A stretch of DNA of 64,000 nt from an uncultured virus (IMG/VR IMGVR_UViG_2711768134_000006) (IMGVR_UViG_2711768134_000006); one strand, 5' to 3'. Numbered from the stretch's first letter, positions 10,030 through 20,588 are shown. The notes: generated by a model from the sequence alone, not told the origin. Numbers and translations: made by a program.

Positions 10030-11010
10030 TTATCTTTCAATATTAATTAACATCTCCTGTTTTAATGATTGATATATTGGATTATCTTCAGTCATTTTTT
10101 TTGTATTACTATCTTTGTTTTGATGCATATAATGCCTATACATTGTTTCTATACTCTTATTACCTGTAAACTTTCCTATCTCTTCTAATTTTACACCTGT
10201 TTCAGACATTAACGAAACAAAACTATGTTTAAAACTATGTGGGGTAACATGAGGCAATTCAGCTAACTTCAATGCTTTTTCTATAAGTCTTTCAATTGAC
10301 CTTGTTGTTAATCTTGAATTATTTTTAGATAAGAACAAAGCATTGTTGCTATCTTTACTATCTTTTTTGCCTTCAATTTGGTTTCTAAAATATAAAAAAT
10401 CTCTATACATTTTTAATACTTGTTTATTTAAACCTACATTTCTTTTTAATTTTCTTTTCCCTATTACTTCAAAATTTCCATTCAAGAAATTTATATCTTT
10501 TATATTCATTTTTTCTACTTCATGTATTCTCATACCAGTGAAAATAAGTATGTTTATAATCAGATTATCTCTGCAAGTATCATAGCTTTTATTATCAACA
10601 TATAATTTATTCATAGTTTCTAATAACTTAATAATTTCATCTTTAGTTAATATCTTTTTCTCAGATTGAATCTTGTCTCGTAATTTTCTAACGTAATTAA
10701 CTTGATTATCTTTAATTTTACCTTTAGCTCTGAGGAAACCACAATAAGCTTTAAATGATGCTCTTTTTCTATTTATTGTAGATGCTTTCATTCCTTTTTC
10801 TTTTAATAAGATAAGCCATTTTTCTTGTATATCTGTAAAAAGTACTTTATCAAGTTCTTCCATTGTACAATCTTCTTTTTCAAATAAATATCTTATGCCT
10901 TCTTTTACATCAGCCCTATATGCTTTTATTGTTTTTTCATCTCTATCATTATATAACTTTAAATTTAATAAAAATTCTTCTAGGGCTTCTATTGCAGTCA
11001 TATGTATCAC
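10030..11010 (-). CDS. Tyrosine recombinase (XerC/D-like) with divergent catalytic motifs
   Basis: SAM-like N-domain, TGMRIHE, GKRK, TPHSFKHS, FTGN, YRHY. Confidence 0.85.
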   Translation of the reverse strand: MIHMTAIEALEEFLLNLKLYNDRDEKTIKAYRADVKEGIRYLFEKEDCTMEELDKVLFTDIQEKWLILLKEKGMKASTINRKRASFKAYCGFLRAKGKIKDNQVNYVRKLRDKIQSEKKILTKDEIIKLLETMNKLYVDNKSYDTCRDNLIINILIFTGMRIHEVEKMNIKDINFLNGNFEVIGKRKLKRNVGLNKQVLKMYRDFLYFRNQIEGKKDSKDSNNALFLSKNNSRLTTRSIERLIEKALKLAELPHVTPHSFKHSFVSLMSETGVKLEEIGKFTGNKSIETMYRHYMHQNKDSNTKKMTEDNPIYQSLKQEMLINIER

Positions 11011-11032
11011 ATCCTTTTCATTTTATATTTAT

Positions 11033-11061
11033 ATCATATACCTATTTTATTTAGTTGTCAA
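11033..11061 (-). promoter_or_regulatory. SigA promoter of the recombinase gene, with an AACTAAATAAAAT element in its spacer
   Basis: TTGACA-17-TATGAT on minus strand. Confidence 0.75.
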
Positions 11062-11231
11062 CATTTTTCAGTAATTTTATATTTTATTTAGTTTAATTAA
11101 TCTTATCAAAATATAAAAATTTTTTTGATAAGATATTAAATTAAAACTACGATTTTATTGTCATTCTTATTTATATTAAAATAAATTCTTAGATTTATAT
11201 TTACATAACACAAATAACACATTTAATGAGT

Positions 11232-11600
11232 TTATTTTTTATTCCACTTTTTTAACATATTACTCAAATCAGACTCATTTATTTTATTTAAAGCTATTTC
11301 TATAGCTAAATTTTCTTTATCATAATTCACATCTATATTATATTTGTCACAAAGTATTAGCAATGTAGCTAATCCAGTTCTTTTATTTGCATCTATAAAT
11401 ATATGTCCTTGTATAATACCTACTACAATATGAGATATTTTTTCTTCAACTGTAGGATACATAACTCTACCAAATACCTCCTGGTTTATACCGTCAATTA
11501 TACTTATAGCAAGATTTTTATTTCTAATACCTATTCCAGCTCCGCCATATCTTTCAATCATCTTTTTGTTAATTTTACATATATATTCAAGTGTAATCAT
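11232..11600 (-). CDS. doc: Doc/Fic family toxin
   Basis: HIFIDANKRT Doc motif. Confidence 0.9.
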   Translation of the reverse strand: MITLEYICKINKKMIERYGGAGIGIRNKNLAISIIDGINQEVFGRVMYPTVEEKISHIVVGIIQGHIFIDANKRTGLATLLILCDKYNIDVNYDKENLAIEIALNKINESDLSNMLKKWNKK

Positions 11601-11770
11601 TTACTTGCCAACCTTCTGAATACATCATCATTTTCTTCTATACACTTATCTATTTCATTATCAGAAACCGGACAAAGATTATCTAATTCTTTTCTAATTT
11701 CTTGACTATATATATAACCTTTTGATTTTATAAATTCAAGTACTTCATCTATTGTTATTTTATCGACCAT
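11597..11770 (-). CDS. Putative Phd-like antitoxin (57 aa, not in ORF track)
   Basis: GGAGG RBS; ends ...ENDDVFRRLASK; ATGA overlap with doc. Confidence 0.75.
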   Translation of the reverse strand: MVDKITIDEVLEFIKSKGYIYSQEIRKELDNLCPVSDNEIDKCIEENDDVFRRLASK

Positions 11771-11846
11771 AATAATGCCTCCATTTTATATTATAGTTAT
11801 ATTTATATTACCCTAAAATAGTAATAATTACAACAATACAAAAATG

Positions 11847-12419
11847 TTATTTATCATACTTATTTATGTATTCTAATAATGCCATGCTCATCAAATCAGA
11901 TTTATTAAACTCTCTAAATTTTTCACAAAACTCATCAAATAAGTTCCATGCATCTTTATTCAACCTAACTGTAGTCCTTATAGCATCTTTTGAAGGTAAA
12001 TCAATTTTAATACCATCCTGTACAACTTCTATTACATTTGTATCTTCTTTATTCTCAAACCAATTTAATACATCTTGTATTTTATCATAGTCTTTTGCTA
12101 AAGAGATTATATTATTTTTAAATTGGTTGTCAATTACTATATTGTGATTATTGTCATCTTCTATTGTCATATTAAATGTATTATCATTATTACTCTGTTG
12201 TCTATTGTTTACTACCTTTGTCATACTATTGTCACCAATAAACACATACTCATCATTTATACGTTTATAACCTCTTTTAGTAAGATATTTTCTTATGCTA
12301 CTTTCAGACACACCAAGCCCTATAGCAACTTTAGTCAAACTCTTACTATCATTTAACTTATTATTAATATATTTAACTATATATATTATATCATTATTTT
12401 TCAAATCATTCCAAGTCAC
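11847..12419 (-). CDS. DNA-binding protein (N-terminal HTH, C-terminal RHH-like)
   Basis: SLTKVAIGLGVSESSIRKYL; RTTVRLNKDAW...KSDLMSMALLEY. Confidence 0.7.
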   Translation of the reverse strand: MTWNDLKNNDIIYIVKYINNKLNDSKSLTKVAIGLGVSESSIRKYLTKRGYKRINDEYVFIGDNSMTKVVNNRQQSNNDNTFNMTIEDDNNHNIVIDNQFKNNIISLAKDYDKIQDVLNWFENKEDTNVIEVVQDGIKIDLPSKDAIRTTVRLNKDAWNLFDEFCEKFREFNKSDLMSMALLEYINKYDK

Positions 12420-12605
12420 GTAATCACCTCAATTTAAGTATACTACACGAGATTACGATTGTCATACTATGTTAATCTTTTAATTCTACGTTTAATCTAC
12501 ATATCTTTCTAAACTATATCATTTTTTTACAATATTACATCTATTAATAAGTAAACAATAAAGTCAATATGCTGTAATTTAGTATATTGACTTTATATAT
12601 ACTTA

Positions 12606-14966
12606 CTACAAAATTAATCCTAAAGTGCTGTTATACTTTAACTTATTACTAGATTTTAGTACCATATATCCTTCTAATTTATTTATTAATTTCAAGTAAC
12701 ACAATCTATTAAATATAAATCCTGACACTTGAATTGAGTCACGTTGCAAATCTATATCTTCTCGATAAAAATCTTCCTCGAGAATAATTTTACAGTTTGT
12801 ATCAGTAGCTTTAAAAAGCTTAGATGCTTCGCTCTCATTATCAACAATATGTTTATAAGGTTCGAAATTAAATATTAAATCCAAACCATCGAAATTAGCT
12901 TTATACATACCAAAAATATTCTTAATTTCATTATCACAATTTATAAAACTATCTTCAAAATATTTTTTAACTACACTATTATCATAATATTCATTCAAAA
13001 TATTTTTTCTAATACTCATCGTAAAAATAGATTCTGTCTTTAATATTTTATTTAAAATAGATTTAGTTGTATTCTTAAGTTTGTCGTCATAAATTTCATC
13101 TTTACTAGGCAGAATATAAAAATTCCCATATTCACATTTATCATTACTATTACATTTACTCATTCTTTGTATTAAACTATCCATAGTTGCTAAATCACTT
13201 ATTACTATATTGAAATCTATGTCTAATGATATTTCTTGAGTAGATATCCAAACATCACCCTTTTCATCAAATATTTTATTATATTTTTCTTCTTTATCTT
13301 TAAATTTAAACCTATCATGCAAAACATTTATATCTGCATCATTATATTTATTTGATAAGTTTTCTTTTAAAAGCTTATATGTGCTATTAGCTGAGTCAAT
13401 AGTGTTTTTTATTATTAAAATTCTCTGTTTCTTTTCTAAAGCATTTTCAACTATTGATTTGATTTCTTTTTCTTTTATAAAAGAAACCTTTACATTTTTA
13501 CCTTCACAAATATCTTCTTCCTTGTTGCTCTCAATAAAAACTATCTCCCCTTTATCAGTGATATTTTCATTACATTCTTCTTGAAAAATAATTCCCTTGC
13601 TTATCATTTGCTCTTTATATGATTTTGGAAGCATAGTTGCCATTAAGTGAAAATCAACATTTAAATACTTACATGCAAACTGTATAAAATATATTAAAAT
13701 TAAAAACATCTTTGGATTCAATAAATGAACTTCATCAACAGTTATAGATGCATTTTTTACAGATGCAAATATCTTTTCATACCCTGGAAACTTAAACATA
13801 CTTAATAATAATTGGTCAATAGTTGCAATTAAATATGGTTTACAAAGATTCAAACTCAAATCTATATCTCTTAAAGTTACTTCACAATCTTGTTCATTAT
13901 AATTTTCACTATATGAATATAAATTTATATCTCCATTAAGTAATCCAAGATAATCATTTTTAAATATATTTTTTATGTAAAAACTTTCGGATGGAAATTG
14001 ATTTGGAACTAAAAATAATTTTCTTTTAAAATTCTTTCTACAGTCAGCAACTTTTTTCCCTGACCCAGTAAATGCAACAGTCAGAACATTTTTTCCAGAA
14101 AATTCTCTCAGCCTTTTTTGTACAATATTGAACTCTATATTATTATTTTCTAAATTATCATGATTATTATAGATATCATTTAAAATCATTTCATCAATTT
14201 CTTTATCAGTAAAATCGTTATAAAATTTTATATCTTTATTTGTGCCTTGTGCAACATGGTCTATTAAATTCAACATACCTTTATACAAAATATAGTTAGC
14301 TCTTCTTTGATTTAAAACTGAGTCATCTATTTGACCATTACTATAATCACTCTCTATAACCATTTTTTCACTTAATTTGTCTAAGTAATCATAATCTAGC
14401 ACATCCTCATTAAATTTAAAATCTATATTTAAAATTTCACTTATATAATCTTCTATATCTTTCAGATTAAATGATTCTTTGTTTTCTAAAATTCCATTGT
14501 CAATATACTTATAAATTTCTTCTTGTACTTTAGTAGTAGTTAATTTCATATAATCTATATAGCTTCCATGATGCAGCATTATGTTTTTATATATATAGAA
14601 TTCATCTTCTTCTGATAAGTTCATTTTTTCTAATATTGATTTTAAAAATGCTCCAGAAAACACATTGTGTCTTGCTATCTTTTCTAAAGATTTTTTTTCA
14701 AATTCTAATTTTTTTATTTCTTCTTTTGAAGAACTAGATGATATTTTATTATTAATTTCTATTTTTTGTTGTGTAATTAAATTAATTTTCCCTAAATCGT
14801 GCAAGGCACAACACACCTTTAACATTTCTATATCTTTATTTGAATATAAATTTGATTCTGATATAACTTCTAACACTTTAAACAAATTCTCAATATGTTC
14901 AACTAATGTTTGTTCTTGTTGATTAGTAATTAAATTGTATGACTTAGCCAATATTTCTTTTTTCAT
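12606..14966 (-). CDS. cas3: Stand-alone Cas3 (HD nuclease + degenerate SF2 helicase)
   Basis: LAKS start, EH, LHDLGK, RH, LHHG, D; TGSGKK, TIDQLL, DEVH, LHDRF, SLDIDF, DSLIQR. Confidence 0.9.
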   Translation of the reverse strand: MKKEILAKSYNLITNQQEQTLVEHIENLFKVLEVISESNLYSNKDIEMLKVCCALHDLGKINLITQQKIEINNKISSSSSKEEIKKLEFEKKSLEKIARHNVFSGAFLKSILEKMNLSEEDEFYIYKNIMLHHGSYIDYMKLTTTKVQEEIYKYIDNGILENKESFNLKDIEDYISEILNIDFKFNEDVLDYDYLDKLSEKMVIESDYSNGQIDDSVLNQRRANYILYKGMLNLIDHVAQGTNKDIKFYNDFTDKEIDEMILNDIYNNHDNLENNNIEFNIVQKRLREFSGKNVLTVAFTGSGKKVADCRKNFKRKLFLVPNQFPSESFYIKNIFKNDYLGLLNGDINLYSYSENYNEQDCEVTLRDIDLSLNLCKPYLIATIDQLLLSMFKFPGYEKIFASVKNASITVDEVHLLNPKMFLILIYFIQFACKYLNVDFHLMATMLPKSYKEQMISKGIIFQEECNENITDKGEIVFIESNKEEDICEGKNVKVSFIKEKEIKSIVENALEKKQRILIIKNTIDSANSTYKLLKENLSNKYNDADINVLHDRFKFKDKEEKYNKIFDEKGDVWISTQEISLDIDFNIVISDLATMDSLIQRMSKCNSNDKCEYGNFYILPSKDEIYDDKLKNTTKSILNKILKTESIFTMSIRKNILNEYYDNSVVKKYFEDSFINCDNEIKNIFGMYKANFDGLDLIFNFEPYKHIVDNESEASKLFKATDTNCKIILEEDFYREDIDLQRDSIQVSGFIFNRLCYLKLINKLEGYMVLKSSNKLKYNSTLGLIL

Positions 14967-15060
14967 GGTAAACACCCAACTTTCAAGATAATTTAAAAGC
15001 ATATTTTACTATAATTAACATAAAAAATTATCTTTATATATTTGTAACACCAACATATAC

Positions 15061-15603
15061 TTATTTCTCTTTTGATTGTATCATTTTAAAAACATCTGTT
15101 TGCAGTAAGGAAGCATACATCTTTTCTACTATAGGCATGGCCTTTTTTCTAAAATCTTCTGATAAAACATAATTCTCATCAATATAAGATTCTTTATATG
15201 ATATAATATCAAAATTTAATATTTGAAGAGACTCTACATAATAGCTTTCAAATTGCTTAATGTTTTCAACTAAGTCTTTTGAAAAATGTATAACATCATA
15301 TGACTTAACTTTGTTAAAATCAATATATCTATTAGAATCTGTATAAAAATCAATATTTTCAGAAGTAAGTTTTAAAATATTTGCATTACTATGTATATCT
15401 ATATCATAAGGTATTGGGTCTCTAACCAAATCTGGACAAGCTAATGTAATAACAAACCATTCAGAGTAAAATTCATTTTTGGGGCAACACCATAATCCAC
15501 CTTTTATTTTATTTTGCTTACTTACTCCATTAGGTTTTTTAAATTTTTCTTTTGATATTTCTCCTATTCCATATGTAAAATACATGTTTTCCCTCTTTTC
15601 CAT
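15061..15603 (-). CDS. Hypothetical protein
   Basis: 180 aa, KGGLWCCP motif. Confidence 0.65.
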   Translation of the reverse strand: MEKRENMYFTYGIGEISKEKFKKPNGVSKQNKIKGGLWCCPKNEFYSEWFVITLACPDLVRDPIPYDIDIHSNANILKLTSENIDFYTDSNRYIDFNKVKSYDVIHFSKDLVENIKQFESYYVESLQILNFDIISYKESYIDENYVLSEDFRKKAMPIVEKMYASLLQTDVFKMIQSKEK

Positions 15604-15689
15604 AAAAATTAATATTATTAGTTATATTGTACATTACCATATCTTATTTTTCTATTTATATTTTATTGAAATTTAATAAACAAGTTAAA

Positions 15690-16223
15690 TCAATTATTAT
15701 TAAGCAAATTATTAAAAAGAATAATATCATGATAATAATAATTTTCTATACTTCTTTCAACTATTACTTGCAATTCTTGTTTACGATTTTCAATATTCTT
15801 TTTTATTTCTTCTGAAAAATCTGACAAACTATCTTCTAGATTTCTTTCAATTAATTCGTCAAAGCTGTCTTTGTTGAATTTTTTATAACTTTCCCAATCC
15901 AAATCTTCATTTTTAATTTTACACCATTTTTCAAATTCTTCATAATCATTTAAGTAACAAGGTTCTCCTAGTAATTCATTAACACTTATTTTTTCTTTGT
16001 TTAATTCACAAATAAAAATTTCTCTTTCATAAATATCTTCTACATATTTAAGCGAGTTATGAACTGATATAGCTTCAACTTTACCTTCTAAATTTATATA
16101 TATTCTTATAGTATTATCTTCTGCTAAAAAACTTTCCTTATAAACTTTTATAGCTTCTTCTTCTATTTTATCTATATTCTTATCTATTATTTTTAAAAAT
16201 CTTTTTATTTTTTTATAATTCAT
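15690..16223 (-). CDS. Hypothetical acidic protein
   Basis: 177 aa with AGGAGG RBS. Confidence 0.7.
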   Translation of the reverse strand: MNYKKIKRFLKIIDKNIDKIEEEAIKVYKESFLAEDNTIRIYINLEGKVEAISVHNSLKYVEDIYEREIFICELNKEKISVNELLGEPCYLNDYEEFEKWCKIKNEDLDWESYKKFNKDSFDELIERNLEDSLSDFSEEIKKNIENRKQELQVIVERSIENYYYHDIILFNNLLNNN

Positions 16224-16283
16224 CTTAATTCCTCCTATTTTTAAATTCTATTTTATAGTTTTTGAAAATAAATTTAATTACAC

Positions 16284-16616
16284 CTAGTATTCTATTTCTA
16301 TTAATTTATTTTTATCCTTTAGATACTGCTCAATACCTTCTTCAACTTTACCTCTAAGCTCTGATAATTCGTCACAAAATTGGTCACATTCACTAGGCTG
16401 CTCTAAGTCTAAAATTTCATCATACTCTCTTGTAAAAATTTTATGGTTATATGGTATATATATAGTATATTCTATATATCCTTTAAATCTAAAATCTTGA
16501 CTCATTTTCATATCTACCTTTAAATCATTAACTTTAATTGTGCAATTTTCTATATTTTCTATTTTAAATCTAAAATCAGGTATATAATGCCACTCTTCTT
16601 TAAAATATTTCTGCAT
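16284..16616 (-). CDS. Hypothetical protein
   Basis: 110 aa with GAGGTG RBS. Confidence 0.7.
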   Translation of the reverse strand: MQKYFKEEWHYIPDFRFKIENIENCTIKVNDLKVDMKMSQDFRFKGYIEYTIYIPYNHKIFTREYDEILDLEQPSECDQFCDELSELRGKVEEGIEQYLKDKNKLIEIEY

Positions 16617-16630
16617 ATCAATTCACCTCT

Positions 16631-16948
16631 TTATAATTTCTCTATATTTATTATTTTTATTATAGAACTACAAACATCTTCCTCGTTTTTTTCTACCACT
16701 TCAAATTCAATATTTACATCTATATCATAATCTTCACCTAATCCACAATATGTATAATTACAAGCTCTTATATATTCTTCCGTGTCTCCAGATGTGAAGA
16801 AGTCCCAACTATTTGTTCTTTCTACTGTTCTAGCATATAATTCTTGTACCTCATTATCAAATTCAATTATATTAAATTCCCCCTTTTTTAAACTTTCTAT
16901 TTCTTCTAAAAATTCTATTATTTTATTTTCCATTTTAGTCATCTCCAT
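16631..16948 (-). CDS. Hypothetical acidic protein
   Basis: 105 aa in operon. Confidence 0.65.
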   Translation of the reverse strand: MEMTKMENKIIEFLEEIESLKKGEFNIIEFDNEVQELYARTVERTNSWDFFTSGDTEEYIRACNYTYCGLGEDYDIDVNIEFEVVEKNEEDVCSSIIKIINIEKL

Positions 16949-16951
16949 TTT

Positions 16952-17458
16952 TTAATTATTTTTATATACAACAGTTCTTTCGCTCTTTTCAATTTTTGTA
17001 AGATACTCTAAAAATTCTTTAATTTCTTGCTTGTTTATGCCTATAAATTCGTGTCTAATTTCACATTTTTCAATACGTGTAGAATATTTCTCTTCTAATT
17101 TATAAAACCTAGGTCTTATATTAGCTATAAGGTCACTTTCTATATTTTTGCTACATAAGCTATTTACATATATTAAAATGTTTTCTATATTTTCTATGTC
17201 TACTTTGTCACCCTTTGAGTAATAAAATTCAAATTTCAATCTTATTCCTATTCTACTGCTAATTTCACCATGACTCCATGTTTCAATTTTTAAACTCTTT
17301 CCAGATATTTCTTTAACGCACCCCACGTGACCGTTTGCACAATCTTTAAGACTTATATCAAATATATCATTGTTGATTTTATTAATCTCTTTTTCTATCA
17401 TTTTAACATTCTCTTTATTAACTTTTAAATCTAATATTGTACTAAAATCTATATTCAT
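16952..17458 (-). CDS. Hypothetical protein
   Basis: 168 aa with GGAGG RBS. Confidence 0.7.
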   Translation of the reverse strand: MNIDFSTILDLKVNKENVKMIEKEINKINNDIFDISLKDCANGHVGCVKEISGKSLKIETWSHGEISSRIGIRLKFEFYYSKGDKVDIENIENILIYVNSLCSKNIESDLIANIRPRFYKLEEKYSTRIEKCEIRHEFIGINKQEIKEFLEYLTKIEKSERTVVYKNN

Positions 17459-17534
17459 GTTTTAAACCTCCATTTATTTTATATTTTAATTATAACATCT
17501 GTTGGTGAACTATATTTGTACCAATCCAAAATTT

Positions 17535-18617
17535 TTAACAATTTACTCCTCTATAAAATAAATGCCATATTAATTCTATTTTTCTTGATATTTCTTCTAT
17601 TTTTCTAATACTTTCAACTTTAGATTCTTTAATTTCTTTAAATCCATTTATGAAATATCTTGGGTTTTCTTGTATTAATGTCTCTATAATAAGTTCTTTT
17701 GTTTTTTCCGTACTTGCATTAGGAACTTGTTTTATTATTTCATCGAATATTTCAACTATTTTAAGTACATTTTCTTTTATCTCATTAGCCCATGTGTTGT
17801 TAAATTTTATTTCTCTAGCTATCTTCTTAGCTTCTTCATAACTTATGTTATAATCTTTAACCTTTTTTAATTTGTGTGGTACTTGTGTTTCATATTCCAG
17901 TAAGCTCCATATTTTACTTTCTTCTACAAATTGAGAATTTTTTAATGTCTGATTTATATGAAATGCTTTTTGCTCTAAAGAATTATGTTCTAAAATATCT
18001 TTGAAATTATCTATAAAGAATTTAGCACTTTCTATACTTCTCATTCCTTCTTTTATTCTTTTAAACTTTCTTTTACATTTTTCTGTCATTTCTTCTATGC
18101 TCTTGTCTTTTACTTTATGATCTCCGTCTTTTATTTTTTTCATTTTAATCTTTTCTAGTTCGTCAACAAAATTTAAAACATTATCTCTTATTTCATTAGC
18201 CCATTCAACTTGTTTTTCAGAACCATTTAACGTTAATACATTAAATGAATTTTCTTTTATTTCTTGACTGACATTATCTTCCTCATAAATTTCTTTTGAA
18301 TACATTTCAATTATTTCATCAGTAAATAAACCTATAAATTTTTTTAACGTATCAGAGTGTTGTGATATAAAATAAAAATTTTCATCATTGCAATCATAAT
18401 AAATTTTTAATTCAGAAATATTACCTAATTTTTCAACACATTTAGCTCTCTTAGTTACTCCTAGTCCTTTTCCTAATCCAATTCCAAAATCATTGTTTTT
18501 AATAAATTCTTTAAAATTAATTTTGCTTGGAATTTGACTTATATAAATCCTCTTATGATTTCCACCTTGCCATAATTTATATTCTTTAAGTAAATTTTTT
18601 TCTAATAAAATTCCCAT
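17535..18617 (-). CDS. Hypothetical protein with duplicated WANEI domain
   Basis: LNGSEKQVEWANEIR...FFIDNFK and WANEIK...YFINGFK. Confidence 0.75.
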   Translation of the reverse strand: MGILLEKNLLKEYKLWQGGNHKRIYISQIPSKINFKEFIKNNDFGIGLGKGLGVTKRAKCVEKLGNISELKIYYDCNDENFYFISQHSDTLKKFIGLFTDEIIEMYSKEIYEEDNVSQEIKENSFNVLTLNGSEKQVEWANEIRDNVLNFVDELEKIKMKKIKDGDHKVKDKSIEEMTEKCKRKFKRIKEGMRSIESAKFFIDNFKDILEHNSLEQKAFHINQTLKNSQFVEESKIWSLLEYETQVPHKLKKVKDYNISYEEAKKIAREIKFNNTWANEIKENVLKIVEIFDEIIKQVPNASTEKTKELIIETLIQENPRYFINGFKEIKESKVESIRKIEEISRKIELIWHLFYRGVNC

Positions 18618-18799
18618 TTTTATACCTCCTTATAAATATCTAATTGAATGGTGAACTATTTTGTATCAAATAAAGATTTTATATTGTAAAACCTTTTAAT
18701 TTCCCATCTTTAATAATGAACGATAAACCCATTGTAGACCATCTATAAGCATCATACAAACTTATTTTATGTATATCTTTTATATAACATATCATAATA

Positions 18800-19285
18800 T
18801 CATTCTCCTATATAAAATTTTATGCAATTAATTAAATCAATTTTATTATCTAATTTTAAGTACCAATCTCCCATACAAGAAGGATAGAAATAGTACCTAT
18901 TATCCTTATTTATATATGATATTGAACTTCCATCACTTAAAAACACTTTAATGTTTCCATTGTTATTTAACTTATTAATCACGTATATATTACTTAAATG
19001 ATTTATATTACTTGATAGCTCTTTGTAAGTTGCAACTGCATTATCTAAATCTTTTTTATTATCAAAACTATAATTCCAATCGCCTAAACATGTAGGATAG
19101 AAATTATAAACTTGCTCTTTAGTATCATATAAAACTACACTTTCATCTTCTAAAACTTCAATAACTCTATCCGTAGATTCTACATAAAAATTATCTAATT
19201 CAGCAGCCTTAACTTTTGTTACTCCTGCAACTCCTACAATGATTAAACCTAATAACATTCCAATAAGTATATTTTTAAATTTCAT
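18800..19285 (-). CDS. Secreted protein with internal duplication
   Basis: Signal peptide ending VKA; FYPTCLGDW / FYPSCMGDW. Confidence 0.75.
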   Translation of the reverse strand: MKFKNILIGMLLGLIIVGVAGVTKVKAAELDNFYVESTDRVIEVLEDESVVLYDTKEQVYNFYPTCLGDWNYSFDNKKDLDNAVATYKELSSNINHLSNIYVINKLNNNGNIKVFLSDGSSISYINKDNRYYFYPSCMGDWYLKLDNKIDLINCIKFYIGE

Positions 19286-19602
19286 TTTTATATCCTCCTA
19301 GTTTATAATTATGACCCCGTACAAGCCTCTATAAGCTGTTTGAAAATCATCTTAATGTATTTATACCTTTTGATTTTTATAATCTTTAAAATCTTTTTAT
19401 CAAATCACTATCATTATCATTTGAACTATAATACTATAGCTATAATAATAGCGATTTGATAACTCATATATCATATTAAAAATATAATTTTAAACTCTTT
19501 TATTACTTCATGTCCTATATTAAAGATATGACACTCTTTTATATAAAATATAATCCTCATCTATATAAAATTCATTGTCATTAATTCATCGCCTACATAC
19601 AT

Positions 19603-20187
19603 TTATTGCATACTTTTATATAGTTCTTTTAAATCTTCATTTTCATCTAATATTACTTTTAAAGGTTTCATAGTATAACAACTTTTATATTTATATTTGT
19701 TTTTATTGTAATTTTCATCAAATTTACTCATATATTCCTTATACTTGATAAACAAACTGTTTAATATATCTATATCTATCAATCCAGACTTACTAAGTTT
19801 ATTCATTCTCATACAACTATCTATCATACGAGCCAAAGACCAAGCCACTTCCGCAATTGCATCTTCTAACATTTGTTCATTAGATTTATAAGCATAAGAA
19901 CCTTCTTTGTATTTAGTATTATTCTTCACTATTTTATTAAGATTTGTCTCTATATCTAAACCCTTACTGTAGTACTCCATACATTTGTAATGTTTTTTTA
20001 TCTCTCTCGACAATGCTTTGTAAAATGTAACATTCAATTTCATTATTTTTTCTACACATGTTAATCCAACATGAAAAACTTCTCCTGTAACATTATTTTT
20101 TATTGTAGCTATATTTTTTATAGTTCTTCCACAGTGGTCACAAGCTCCTTTACCTTTTGTATAACTTATCAAAATATACTCATTCAT
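19603..20187 (-). CDS. Zn-finger-containing hypothetical protein
   Basis: CDHCGRTIK...VGLTC. Confidence 0.7.
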   Translation of the reverse strand: MNEYILISYTKGKGACDHCGRTIKNIATIKNNVTGEVFHVGLTCVEKIMKLNVTFYKALSREIKKHYKCMEYYSKGLDIETNLNKIVKNNTKYKEGSYAYKSNEQMLEDAIAEVAWSLARMIDSCMRMNKLSKSGLIDIDILNSLFIKYKEYMSKFDENYNKNKYKYKSCYTMKPLKVILDENEDLKELYKSMQ

Positions 20188-20237
20188 GCTTAAACCTCCA
20201 ATTATATTAAAAGTTGAATTTTATTTAGTTTATCTTA

Positions 20238-20585
20238 TCAATAATTTTGATTGATTGAATAATCTATAGTTCTTCTAAAACCATTTTGTGCTTTTAATCT
20301 ATAAATTCTTTCAAAATCATTTTGTATATCTTCAAATATATTAATATATTTTATATACTTATAAATTATGTCAATAGAAACAATTTCATAAAATAACTCA
20401 TTTTCTATTATATATTTTACGCTATATAGATTATACTCTTTTACATTTTCAAAGAACATTTTAATTACATCTGACAAGTTATTATCTTCTTTTATACGTT
20501 TTATCATTTTTATTCTTTGTGTATTTCTTTGTAGTGTATTCCCATCAAATTTTTTTGATGATTTTATTATACTCATTTCCAACAC
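20238..20585 (-). CDS. NGFRRT(M/I)DY paralog family copy 2
   Basis: KAQNGFRRTIDY. Confidence 0.8.
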   Translation of the reverse strand: MLEMSIIKSSKKFDGNTLQRNTQRIKMIKRIKEDNNLSDVIKMFFENVKEYNLYSVKYIIENELFYEIVSIDIIYKYIKYINIFEDIQNDFERIYRLKAQNGFRRTIDYSINQNY

Positions 20586-20588
20586 CTC

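Noticed and set aside
11100..15700. CRISPR array near cas3
   Set aside because: No ~29-30 bp repeats with regular spacers seen; ATTTACATAACAC at ~11199 is only a single partial resemblance to a C. difficile repeat end
19404..19422. Second Fur box
   Set aside because: Only GATAAT-like hexamers with poor symmetry in AT-rich DNA
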